The notes beneath the pieces are model-generated. The model was not told where the DNA came from. It did not search any database and saw nothing but the letters and a program-made list of their open reading frames with translations. A stretch of DNA of 64,000 bases from Mobula hypostoma (lineage: Eukaryota). The DNA is taken from NCBI RefSeq assembly GCF_963921235.1, contig NC_086108.1, forward strand, positions 66,776,001-66,840,000, written 5' to 3'. A program made the translations under genes and the position numbers. The number at the start of each line of letters is the position of its first letter. The stretch's first letter is position 1. Shown here piece after piece: positions 53,015 to 64,000 of this stretch.

Positions 53015-53810
53015 TCTTCTAAAATGGCACCTAACAGCGACTCCATTGCATGCATCTTCGGAAACAGTTCTATTTCCATCTTTAATATCTCTATTTTTCC
53101 CTTTCAGAGTTCTTTTGAAGACCCTGACCTGGGGGTTATACGCTGACTTCGGTTCTTTGTGGGAATGCGACCTGCACTCCGGGTTTCATGACTGGCTATT
53201 ATTCGATATGCCAAGGATGCGGCCCAAGAGATTAGCTCGCCTTTGGAGTTCTGAGATCTCGTGGCTCTGGAGATAGAGGACTGAAGGTCGGTGTCTCTGC
53301 AGGAATATTGTGTGTCATGGGAGATGGAAGATCGAAAGCAGCGAGCTGGCTATGTGCCCAGAGACCCGAGTCCTTTGGGCACAGAGCTCAGAAAAAGCAA
53401 TGCAATGGAGTTTTAACATCAGAAATCAGTGAGTTGTTTGTTATGTCTCCCCTCTTGCTGTGAAACAGAAACGCCCCTTTCTCCCTTATTAGGGAGACAG
53501 CGAGCCTGTGGTACGTTGAACATTGGGTGAACGAGTAGTCTTCGGGGGACTGCAAGTCTGCGTCTTTGCTGCACGCTTGAGTGCTTGGTGGGGGATGCTG
53601 ATACTTTGCTGGTGGGAGAGGGAATCATTGCTTTGCTGCTGCTTGCACGTGGGAGCGGGGAGCTGGGTGGGGCTTTGGGGTTCTAACATTTGACTGTCAT
53701 TCATTCTTTGGGGCGCTCCTCTGTTTTCGTGGATGGTTGCAAGAAAAAGTGTTTCAGGATGTATATTGTACACATTTCTGACATTAAATGTACCTCTGAA
53801 ACCTTTGAAA
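53015..53810 (+). mobile_element. ~0.8-kb non-coding retroposon nested in the Rex1-like element
   Basis: Starts CTTCTAAAATGGC and ends ATTAAATGTACCTCTGAAACCTTTGAAA. The same 3' end occurs at about 44120-44177. Confidence 0.65.
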
Positions 53811-54069
53811 AGAATGAGGTATAGGAGTCTGAAGACACACACTCTAAGTTTCAGAAACAGCTTCTTCCGCTCCGTAATCAGATTTCTGAATTGACGATTA
53901 ATCGATGAACACTACTTCACCATTTTCCTTCCTCTCTTTTTGCACTATTTATTTAATTATATATATAATTTTATTGTAATTCATAGTTTTTTATTATTAT
54001 GTATTGCAAGGTGCTGCTGCCTTGAAACAACAAATTTCCTGACACAAGTCAATGATATTAAACCTGTTT

Positions 54070-54605
54070 CCGAGTTGCAGGCTGGGGCTTTGGTGTGAAG
54101 GAGTTGAGTAAGTACCTCAGGTGTTTTGAGTGTGAATAGATTTCCATCAAAAAAGGCTTCAATGAGAAGGCACAGGTAAGGTTTTATTTTTACTGTTGAT
54201 CCCTAGTATTTGTTTCAGTGCAGGTAGGATGGTATTTGGGCAGTTGCATGCTCCTCCTACAAGATGTGAGAAATCAGGGAACTTCCTACATATGTAGCCC
54301 AATGACTACATATGTAGGAAGTGTATGCAAGTGCAACTTCTGAGAAACTGGGTCAAGGATCTGGATCTGAAAGTACTCAGGATTATCTGGGAAGCTTGAG
54401 CATTTCAGAGATGAGGCTCTGAAGCAGGCTTCAGATAGAGGGATGATCTGTTAATGAGCAGAGAGATTTTGAAGTTTAATTTCATAGCTCTCTGAAAGTG
54501 GCTACACAGACTGATATGGTGATAAAGATGACATATATCATGCTTGTTTTTATTAGTTGAGGAACTGAGGTCAAGAGTCATGAAGTTATGTTACAGCTTT
54601 ATAAA
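54070..54605 (+). mobile_element. Decayed CR1 5'/ORF1 and RT fragments
   Basis: ORF1 zinc-finger-like CSSYKM.E...NDYICRKC, followed by an ORF2 piece (EVKSHEVMLQLYK). Confidence 0.55.
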
Positions 54606-54944
54606 AGGGCATGCATTTGATGCGAAAGGGGATAAATACATTTTCAGCTACCTCATGTCCAGGTGAAAGATAACACTCATTGTTAATATTTCAGTTTTCT
54701 TTTACTGAAGTGCATGTCTTTGCAATGCACTCAAGTTATCACACTGTTTTTGGACTTGCTATTGATCAACATGGGAGTGGACAGACAAAGCAATTATTGT
54801 GTGCTTTGCAGAACTAAAAGGAAGCAATTACATGTATTTCTTATTATGCCTATTAACGTTCACCAGGAAGGAATTGTAGGTGCTATCCTTGATAAGTTTG
54901 CTGCTAAATCATGATTGTAAAATCAACACTTAACTACTATAATA

Positions 54945-55545
54945 AGACCATACAGCCACAAGATATAGGAGCAGAATTAGGCCATTTGGCCCATCGAGTC
55001 TGCCACACCATTTTATCATGGCTGATTCATTTTCTCTCTCAACCCAAATCTCCTACCTTCTCCCCATATTCCTTCATGTCCTGACTGATGAAGAATCTAC
55101 CTTAAATATACACAATAACTTGGCCTCCACAACCACCTGTGGCAATGAATTTCACAGGTTCACCACTCTCTGGCCAAAGAAATTCCTCATCTCCACTCTA
55201 AATGGAAGTCGCTCTATTCTGAGGCTTTGTCCTCTGGTCTTAAACTTCCCCCACCATCCTCTCCACATCCACCCGAGTGAGACTTTTCAATATTCAATAA
55301 GTTTCAACAGGATTCCACCCCCCCCACCCAATTCTTCTGAATTCCAGTGAGTAAAGGCCTAGAGCCATCAAATGTTCATCATATGATAAGCCTTTCAATC
55401 CCAGAATCATTTTTGTGAACCGTTTTTGAGCCCTGTCCAATTCCACACTTCCTTTCTTAGATAGAAGGTCCAAAACTTCTCACCATACTCCAAGTGAGGC
55501 CTCACCAGTGCCTTATAAATCCTCAACATTACATCCTGGCTATCT
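54945..55545 (-). mobile_element. CR1 3' fragment
   Basis: VMLRIYKALVRPHLEY motif plus 3' UTR. Confidence 0.85.
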
Positions 55546-55789
55546 TGTGGCTTGGTCCTCAAGATGTAGCATGTCAATAAAGACCAACAGTGGTAAGTCA
55601 CATTGAAGTGGTCATAATAAAGAGACACAGGGTTGAGAAAAAAAGATTAAACTGGGTGTATACTCTTGAAGGTGATGCAAGAGAAAAGGACAATTTAATT
55701 TTTGATTAATTTAGAGTTTTTGTGAAATTCCCAAAGTTCAGAACTTTAAAAACGTAAGGTATTTTCTTTAATTCATTTTTAAAAATTCT

Positions 55790-56450
55790 AGACAATGGTC
55801 CAGAAATCAATGCAGAGATTATGTCACCAATATGCACAAAGACCAATCATGGACCTTCAGCGCAATGCAGTGAGGCCTGTGTTGGGTATCTCAGCAGAGG
55901 TAAGAGAGAACAACATGTGCTGCATCTGGAAGTGCTTAGAAAGGAGCTGGCAATCAGTGTTTCAGGAGATCTGGCTGATCATACACAAGTTTATAAATTC
56001 CCTTATCCTCTACTATGGAGTCAAGAAAGTTTGCCCAATATAGGAACCCTGTACCCATCCAGAGCCAAAAATAAACCCCCACTGAATGACAGCTCCAAAG
56101 TCATCTTTGGCTACGTTCAGCTAATGAAGTTCAACACTTTATATCCCTTCACTGGATGAATACTAGCAGACACCTAGAGAACTATAGATGGCCAAGGCAA
56201 AGGAACCATCAAACAACAATACAAGACACCCTCTATAAGGTCCTACTCATTCTGAAAAATCTTTTGTCATGCAGAATCTTCCTGACAACAAACATCTGCA
56301 GCCCTATCACTGCAACCACCCTGAAAAGTTGTGGCAGATTTGACGTACAGCCATTTTCAGTGAGATCAGCGTGAGAATTATAGTGACTGAGCAGTGTTGA
56401 AGAGAAGTGGACTAGTTGCAAAGCCCTGAATTGCTTCAGTATCCAAGTGC
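55790..56450 (+). mobile_element. Decayed RTE-like LINE 3' part
   Basis: Residual similarity to an RTE ORF C-terminus (RQRNH..TIQDTL region). Confidence 0.4.
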
Positions 56451-58394
56451 CAACACGATGAATTGGGGCATTGCTACAATAGCTGAGACTGGTGACTCAA
56501 TGAGAGGCTGGCCATACAATACCTTTTGATCTGTCTTTTGTTTGAGAGCAGTTTGGAATCTTGCCAAGATCAACATGCTAGCTTTATAGTGTACTCATCA
56601 ATGGGAAGATCTATGTCTTTGGTAGTTAGACAATAATAAAATAAAATCTAGCCAAGGAACTTCTGGAGGATGGGCAGGAATCCTTTTTCACTTGCATTTA
56701 CCCTTGTGGAAACACTCCACATGGCTTAGAAAAATATCCAATCAATGCAGTGGCAATGATCCCCAGAGTGCACTGAGCACCAGTTATTCCCTTGCAGAGC
56801 CAGTTGACTTCCTTCCTCCCGATTCAGAGTTGACCAGAGTGCTAATTTGATGCCCACAACTAGTTTGAGCTGCAAAGTGGCTCAGATTTCAGTGAGTCAT
56901 CTCGATTCTCCACTAACTGATCACCCACTGGACAGCTGCAGCAGGTCAGTGCATTAGTGGTCAAGCAAGGTGCAATTCCTGACTTCTGGCCCCTTGGTTT
57001 CTGAGAGGAGAATTAGTAGTGCTTGGGATTTGTCTCACAGGCAGGAGGAACCAAATCTGCGTCAGGCCTCACTTGAAAGCTTCAGTCCATACTGGCTAAC
57101 ATTTTTACTTTTAGTTTCCATGGTAAGGTCAGATATCTAACTACAATTCAAATACAGAAACTTAGTTTTTCAAATAAATTTCATATGGCTAATGTCCCAA
57201 TTTAAATAGCGTTGATACTTACTATTGTTCTCTTCCTAGATATAGTGGATTAAGTTATGGGTCTGGTTTAAAAAAAGTTACCAAGGCCTCTATTGACAAT
57301 TTTTGCACTTGTATGTGAAACATCCTGCAATAATTCAGCATACATTAATATAGAGTTTCAGAAAATCTACTCTGGCAATGAGAGGGCTTGCTTCCTGGAA
57401 CTTTCACTGTTCTGAAGCATTTAAATGTTGATTTTTTTTGTTTGCCCTTTCAGCCCTAACTAAAAGTTCCTGACTTTCCAGCTGCAAGCTTCAAAGGCCC
57501 TCCCAAGCTGTGTCTGAACTCACTCTCAGAGGGCAGTTGAGTGTATGGATGGCAATAGAGTCTGTGATTCATACTCAATAATTCTCGCTGGAAGTCATGC
57601 AGTGTTCCACCACAGCAGCCAAGTGAATCAGCTTGGAATAAGTTCAGCTTTATTCAACCTCATGAAGTCACTATTCTATGTAACATCAAAAGAAACTATA
57701 AAAAAATGTACTTTTCAGTTTTCTCTTAAAATATTTGACAGGCCCTTTCTTCCAAGAAACACTGTTGTAATAGTATCAGTGACCTCTTCTTAATAAACTA
57801 CAAACACTAATCCAGCCCATAGATCAGCAATCACTATGGTAATATCCAAGCTTACAAACCAAACAACCAAGTTATTTAAGATGTTTCATTCACAGAAAAT
57901 GACAAATTGTTGGCAATAAATTTGTAAAAAAAAACAGAATCAGGTTTATTATCACTAATAATATATCATGAAATTTGTTATTTTGCAGCAACAGTACAGT
58001 GCAATACATTAAAAGGAACTAAAAGTTACAAAAAGTATATAAAAAAATAACTAGTGCAAAAAGAGAACAAATAGTGAGGTAGTATTCATGGACTAAGAAA
58101 TCTCATTAGCACTTTTAAAAGTTTTTTACCCTAATTGAAAATGGTAAGGGGTTAAAGTAGCATCTTTGAAACTTTGGACAATTAAATGGGATATAAATGT
58201 TGAAGTAGTTAATAATTATGGGAACATTAATTAAGAAAAATCATCATTTAATACTTAATTAATTGAAGGACTGAAAATACTCACCTGCTAACCTCTAGCA
58301 TATTCCAAGGGATATCATGGCAACTGGTTCTCTGATTTTCCAAGCTGGAATAACCCAAATTCAATATCAGAACTATCTATTCTATTAGTCTATT

Positions 58395-59690
58395 CATAGA
58401 AACATAGAAAACCTACGACACAATACAGGCCCTTCGGCCCACAAAGTTGTGCCGAACATGTCCCTACATTAGAAATTACTAGGCTTACACATATCCCTCT
58501 ATTTTTCTAAGCTCCATGTACCTATCCAAAAGTCTCTTAAAAGACCCTATTGTATCCGCCTCCACCACCGTTGCCGGCAACCCATTCCACGCACTTATCA
58601 CTCTCTGAGTAAAAACTTACCCCTGACATCTCCTCTGTACCTACCTCCCAACACCTTAAACCTGTGCCCTCTTGTGGCAGCCATTTCAGCCCTGGGAAAA
58701 AGCCTCTGACTATCCACACAATCAATGCCTCTTACCATCTTATACGCCTCTATCAGGTCACCTCTCATCCTCCATCACTCCAAGGAGAAAAGGCCAAGTT
58801 CACTCAACCTGTTTTCATAAGGCATGCTCCCCAATCCAGGCAACATTCTTGTAAATCTCCTCCATCACTCCAAGGAGAAAAGGCCAAGTTCACTCAACCT
58901 GTTTTCATAAGGCATGCTCCCCAATCCAGGCAACATTCTTGTAAATCTCCTCTGAACACTTTCTATAGTTTCCACATCCTTCCTGTAGTGAGGTGAACAG
59001 AACTGAGCACAGTACTCCAAGTGGGATCTGACCAGGGTCCTATATGGCTGCAACATTACCTCTCAGCTCCTAAATTCAATTTAACGATTGATGAATTCCT
59101 TCTTAATCACAGAGTCAACCTGTGTAGTTGCTTAGAGTGTCCTACGGATTCAGACCCTGAGATCCCTCTGATCCTCCACACTGCCAAGAGTCTTACCATT
59201 AATACTATATTCTGTCAATATATTTGACCTACCAAAATGAACCGCTTCACACTTATCTGGGTTGAACTCCATCTGCCACTTCTCAGCCCAGTTTTGCATC
59301 CTATCAATGTCCCACTGTAACCTCTGACAGCCCTCCACACTATCCATAACACCCCCAACCTTTGTGTCATCAGCAAACTTAGTAACCCATCCCTCCACTT
59401 CCTCATCTAGGTCATTTATAAAAATCACGAAGCGTAAGGGTCCCAGAACAGATCCCTGAAGCACACCACTGGTCACCGACCTCCATGCAGAATTTGACCT
59501 GTCTACAACCATTCTCTGCCTTCTGTGGGCAAGCCATTTCTGGATCCACAAAGCAATGTTCCCTTGGATCCCATGCCTCCTTACTTTCTCAATAAGCCTT
59601 GCATGGGGAACCTTATCAAATGCCTTGCTGAAATCCATATACACTACATCTACTGCTCTCCTTTCATCAATCTGTTTAGTCACATCCTCA
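58395..59690 (-). mobile_element. Young 5'-truncated CR1 LINE
   Basis: 177-aa open RT segment (YMDFSKAFDKVPH, QGSVLGP, FADDTK) followed by the C-terminus and 3' tail. Confidence 0.95.
58771..58950 (+). repeat. Perfect 2 x 90-bp tandem duplication
   Basis: 58771-58860 is identical to 58861-58950. Confidence 0.95.
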
Positions 59691-59904
59691 TAATGGAGAA
59701 TTACTCAGTAAAGCAGAATCTCTGTAGTATTCCTACTGTGCAATAATCTCCATTATCTTTCTGCTGAACTATATTTAGGATCTGTAAAGAGAATATTTAT
59801 CCAGAACAGCTCCTGATTTCAACAAATGTACTCAGCAAGGTTACAGTAAGTTTTTCAAACACACAGCATCAGTGGAATTTGATGTTTCACATTAGGGACT
59901 CGTC

Positions 59905-61612
59905 CTTGGAACATTGAACAGCATTGGAACTGGCCCTTCAGTCTGTGCCAGCCATGATACCAATATAAACTGCACATCTACCTGCAGGTGGTCTATATAC
60001 TTATATATATTCCTCAACTATACATATGTCTGTCTAAATGCCTCTTGAACATTATGCACCTGAAGATGAAAGATAAGCTTTATTTGTTACATGTACATTG
60101 AAACATAGAGTGAAATGCATTGCTTACGACAACACACTCAGAGGATTCTGCTTGGGGCAGCCCACAAATATCACCATGCTTCCAGGATGAACAACTACCA
60201 CTATCTGTTTAAAAACAAAACTTCCCACATCAGTCTCCTTTAATCTTTCCCCCTCTCATGTAATATCAATGACCTCTACTATTTAACCTTTCTACCCTGG
60301 GGGAAAAAGACTGATTATCAAAAATATTTATGAATCTCATACTTCTGCTTATATGCTTTTATCAGGTCATCTCTCAGCCACTGACACTCCAGTGAAAACA
60401 ACCCAAGTTTGTCCAACCTTTCCAGAGTCTCCATACCTTTCCTTTAATGGGACAACTAGAATTACAGACAATGCTCATTATGTGGCCTAACCAAACTTTT
60501 GTAACACTGCAATCTTGCTTCCTTACATTTATACTCAACCTGCTGACCAATAAAGGCGAGTATACTGTGTGCTTTCTTTACAACTCTATCTACGTGTGTT
60601 GGTACTTTCAGGGAGTAATTGACTTGCACCCCAAGATTCTTTTGTACATCAATGCTCCTAAGGGTTCTGCCATTGACTGTATACTTTCCACTTACATTTC
60701 ACCTCCCAAAGTGCAATACTTGTCAGGTGGGAGGAGGAGATGTCAGCGCGACGCGCGTGCACAACTCTCCAGTGGAAATGATATTGTTTCTGTTAAATAG
60801 GGATCGTGGACAATTCTGATTTCATGGAGACAGACGTGAAAGCACAAAGGAACATCTGGAGAAATTTCTGGAACGCAGGTTCGCTGCCGCTGTTACTGGG
60901 CGATTGAGAATCTTCCGGAGGAAAGGCCCCAATATTCCCAGCTTTGCCTGCTGCTGGCCACCGAGGCTGAGGTCAAATCGTTCCAATAGAGATGGTGCTC
61001 AGAACTTGGTGTCGGCGGGCTGATCGGAGGCTTGGCGTTTTCGGACGACTCAGAGTCGAACTGTGGTCCGGCATGGTAGGCAGAGTTTTCTTCCTTCTCC
61101 CGTCTGCGTGAGATGTGGGACATTCAAAAGACTTTGAACTTTTTTATTGTGCCATGGCCTGTTCTTCATCAAATTATGGTATTGTTGCACTGTCGTAACT
61201 ATATGTTATAATTATGTGGTTTTTGTTAGTTTTTCAGTCTTGGTCTGTCCTATGTTTTTCTGATATCACACTGCAGGAATATTGTATCATTTCTTAATGC
61301 ATGCATTACTAAATGACAATAAAAGAGAACTGTGTGTCCCCATAATCTAATCTAATAATCTAATCTAACTAAACTCCACATGCCATATCTATCTCTGCCC
61401 ATGCTTCCAGATGAATCCCTTGACAACTTTTCTTATTATCCACAACTCTACCAATTTTTGTGTCATCTACAAACTTACTTATCAGCTGAACTATATTTTC
61501 ATCCAGACAATTTCTATGTATCACAAACAACAGGGCTGCAAACAGTGATCCTTGTGGAACGCCAGTGGTCACAGACCACCAGTCTGAGATGCACCTCTCC
61601 ACCATTACCCTC
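59905..61612 (-). mobile_element. Older CR1 fragment with nested insertions
   Basis: TGVPQGSLF and KFVDDTKIG at 61370-61610; C-terminal and 3' UTR pieces at 59905-60720. Confidence 0.75.
60725..61370 (+). mobile_element. Second copy of the (TCTAA)n-tailed non-coding retroposon
   Basis: Collinear with 27925-28625; tail ATCTAATCTAATAATCTAATCTAA. Confidence 0.75.
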
Positions 61613-61695
61613 TGCAACACATACAAAACGCCATAGGAACTTAACAGACCAGGCAGCATTGGCCCAAAACATCAACTGTTTACTCTTTTCCATCA
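61613..61695. mobile_element. Penelope-like fragment with an internal inversion
   Basis: CAACACATACAAAACG...AGGCAGCAT joined to the opposite-orientation GGCCCAAAACATCAACTGTTTACTC. Confidence 0.55.
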
Positions 61696-61739
61696 GCCTA
61701 CTATGTGCACCAATAATGTGAGGCTCACTATTCTATATT

Positions 61740-62490
61740 TTCAAAGTTTGTACATTTATTATCAAATTGTATATATATGTCACCATATACTACCCTGAGA
61801 TTCATTTCTTCTCGACCTGCACAGTAAATACACAGAAACACAATAGAATCAATGAAGAAATTACACACAAAGACAGACAAGCAACCAACGTGCAAAAGAT
61901 GTCAAATGTGCAAACACAAAAAATTACTATAAACAACAATAAATTAATAAATAACAATAAATTAAATTAATAACATTGAGAACATCAATTTAGAATCCTT
62001 GAAAGTAAGTCCATAGGTTCAGGAGCCTGATGATTGAGGGATAATAACTGTTCCTGAACCTGCTGCTGTTGGACCCAAGGCCCCTGTACCTCCTTCCTGA
62101 TGGCAGCAGTGAGAAGACAGCATGGCCTGGATGGTGGGGTAAGTTTTCCCTGTGATGGACTGGGCTGTTTCTATTACTTTTTGTAGGCTTTTCCGTTCAA
62201 GGGCTTTGGTGTCTCCATACCGGACCATGATGCAACTAGACAGAATACTCTACATTGTGCATCTGTAGAAGTTCGTCAAAGTTTTAGGAGACAACTTCTA
62301 AGAAAGTAGAGGCATTGCTGTGTTTTCTTTGTATTGGCACTTATGTGTTAATCCCAGGCTAGATCCTCTGAAATAATAATACTGAGGAATTTAAATTACT
62401 GACCCTATCCTCCTCTGATCCCCTGATGACTCGCTCATGGACCTCTGGTTTCCTCCTCCTGTAGTCAATAATCAATTCTTTGCTTTTCCT
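61740..62490 (-). mobile_element. Rex1/Babar-like LINE 3' portion
   Basis: KSKELIIDYRR and ERKSLQKVIETAQSITG motifs. Confidence 0.8.
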
Positions 62491-63771
62491 GATGTGTCTG
62501 TACTCCTTCTTATACAGAGGAACAACACTGCTATCGTCCAGTCCTCCAGACCTCACCTGTTGCTGAAGAGGGAACAAAGGTTTCTGTCAAGGCCACAGGA
62601 ATCTCATCTCTTGGCCTCTCTCATTAACCTTGGATGGATCCCATCATATCCTGGGGACTTATCTGTATTAGTGCTCTTCAAGAGGACCAACAAGGTTGAG
62701 TTTTCAAAGCAGAACCACAGAGGAGAAATGATAAAAACCCATATGGAGATAGGTGATACAAAGCGTGAGTGCAGACTGTTACTCAGAAAGATTAGAGGAA
62801 AATTCAGGAGAAGATTTCACCCAAAACTTACTTGGTACTAGATGGATGATGAAGTCAGAAACCCTTATCACATTTAAGCAGTACCTGGATAAGCACCTGA
62901 AGAGCACCAGTACTGTATAGATCTACAGTACCTGTAACAGTATGAACTGCACTTTTTCCCTTACCTGCTGAGACAAGATTCAAGGAACTATAGGGAAGGA
63001 GGAAATACAAAGGCTTCCATTTTCAGATTGGCTGTTCATGAATACAGTTCTCTGCATTAAATTAAGTTAGTGTTGAAACAATGCCCCCCCCCCCCCCGCT
63101 TCTTTAAATCCTAGCAGAAAGAGATGCAAGGTAAAGAGAGAACTACATATTTAGGAAAAGTGTTTACCCAAGATTATAAATAGGAGACCAGCTCTCCTGA
63201 AAGGCACTTTCTAAGTATAGCCACCTTCCGAGAATGTATTCTTTCCTTCTTGAGCTGGGCTTTTCTCAGACTAAGCCCATGTCTAAACTGGAGAGAAACA
63301 GCCTTTCTGAGAACACATAGGACATAACAACCCATCAAACTGTTACTGGAATTGTTGGCGCCAGTGCAAACTTCCCTAAATTTTCTTACTGTAGCTGTGC
63401 CTCTCAGCAAGAGGTTGAACTAAGGCTTTCAACTCTAATAAACCAGACTCAAAATAAAGCAGTGTGACAGCATTCGACATCTTCACCATTTCAAACTGAC
63501 CAAATGCATTTTCTCCAGAAGCTGTCATGCACAGTTCTGCATCACTACTCTTCATGTTAAAAACAAGTCCCAATTTTAAAGAATCTTGACCGGAGCATGC
63601 AGGATTTTAAAAAACTTTATGTTGTTATTTCCTGTTAACATTAAATGATCAAAACTATGAGTAACTATAATGCAGCAATAAAATAATATTATCTAAAAGA
63701 CAAATAACTCTATAAACTGCTATGAAAATATGAGGTGGGGTGGTGACACAGCATACAGTGCAGAAAGAGGC

Positions 63772-63885
63772 CAACACATTATAAAATGCTGGAGGAACTC
63801 AGCAGGACAGTCAGCAATTCGGGAAATTAATAAACTGCTGATGTTTTGGGCTGAGACCATTTATCTGGACGAGAAAGGAAGTGGG
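63772..63885 (-). mobile_element. Penelope-like terminal fragment with degenerate hammerhead
   Basis: Minus strand reads GTC-CAGATAA-ATGGTCTCAGCCC-AAAACATC, plus the family tail. Confidence 0.6.
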
Positions 63886-64000
63886 AATATACCAGAATGC
63901 CCCTTGCTGTCATACAGCCACCTTTCCCCTCTCTTTCCCCTCCCCTCAAGTATTTTTGGAACTCCACTTTTGGTGAATATGTCTGTATTCACCAACCTGT

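Larger units (their letters stand above)
50090..54065 (+). mobile_element. Near full-length decayed Rex1/Babar-like LINE with nested insertions
   Basis: Endonuclease pieces (NVQS..NK, FMETW, GVCFMIN..WC, AVYIPP, AGYFNQANL), RT and 3' UTR in order. Confidence 0.88.

Noticed and set aside
59150..59683. 177-aa RT ORF as a functional or domesticated gene
   Set aside because: It is part of a 5'-truncated CR1 copy with deletions and frameshifts downstream.
62950..63000. Possible minus-strand 23-nt micro-exon (ccctatag...CAG|gtaag)
   Set aside because: Not frame-preserving and no Tiki similarity; unsupported without RNA data.
1..64000. CRISPR arrays, operons or other prokaryotic systems
   Set aside because: No regularly spaced repeats or gene-dense coding regions; the sequence is vertebrate intronic DNA.

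Overview
Eukaryotic, repeat-rich vertebrate DNA. The repeat families suggest a cartilaginous fish, probably a ray (inference). Only one host-gene exon is supportable: a 175-bp coding exon on the minus strand (35698-35872) of a Tiki-family Wnt-inactivating metalloprotease, most similar to TRABD2B/TIKI2. I could not find its neighbouring exons by eye, so the rest of the window is probably intron. It is packed with mobile DNA: CR1, Rex1/Babar-like, RTE and Nimb/I-like LINE remnants, tRNA-derived SINEs, a solo LTR, and PIF/Harbinger, Tigger/pogo, Tc1-like and hAT-like non-autonomous DNA transposons. The most interesting signal is a Penelope-like family carrying minimal hammerhead-ribozyme cores (CUGANGA...GAAAC-GUC). 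It includes two nearly identical ~100-bp insertions with 10-11-bp target-site duplications (TSDs). They consist of little more than the ribozyme core plus a short tail and flank the exon in the sense orientation. Nearly all other ORFs in the track are decayed transposon fragments or chance ORFs. Boundaries of decayed elements are approximate; family names come from recalled motifs, not searches.
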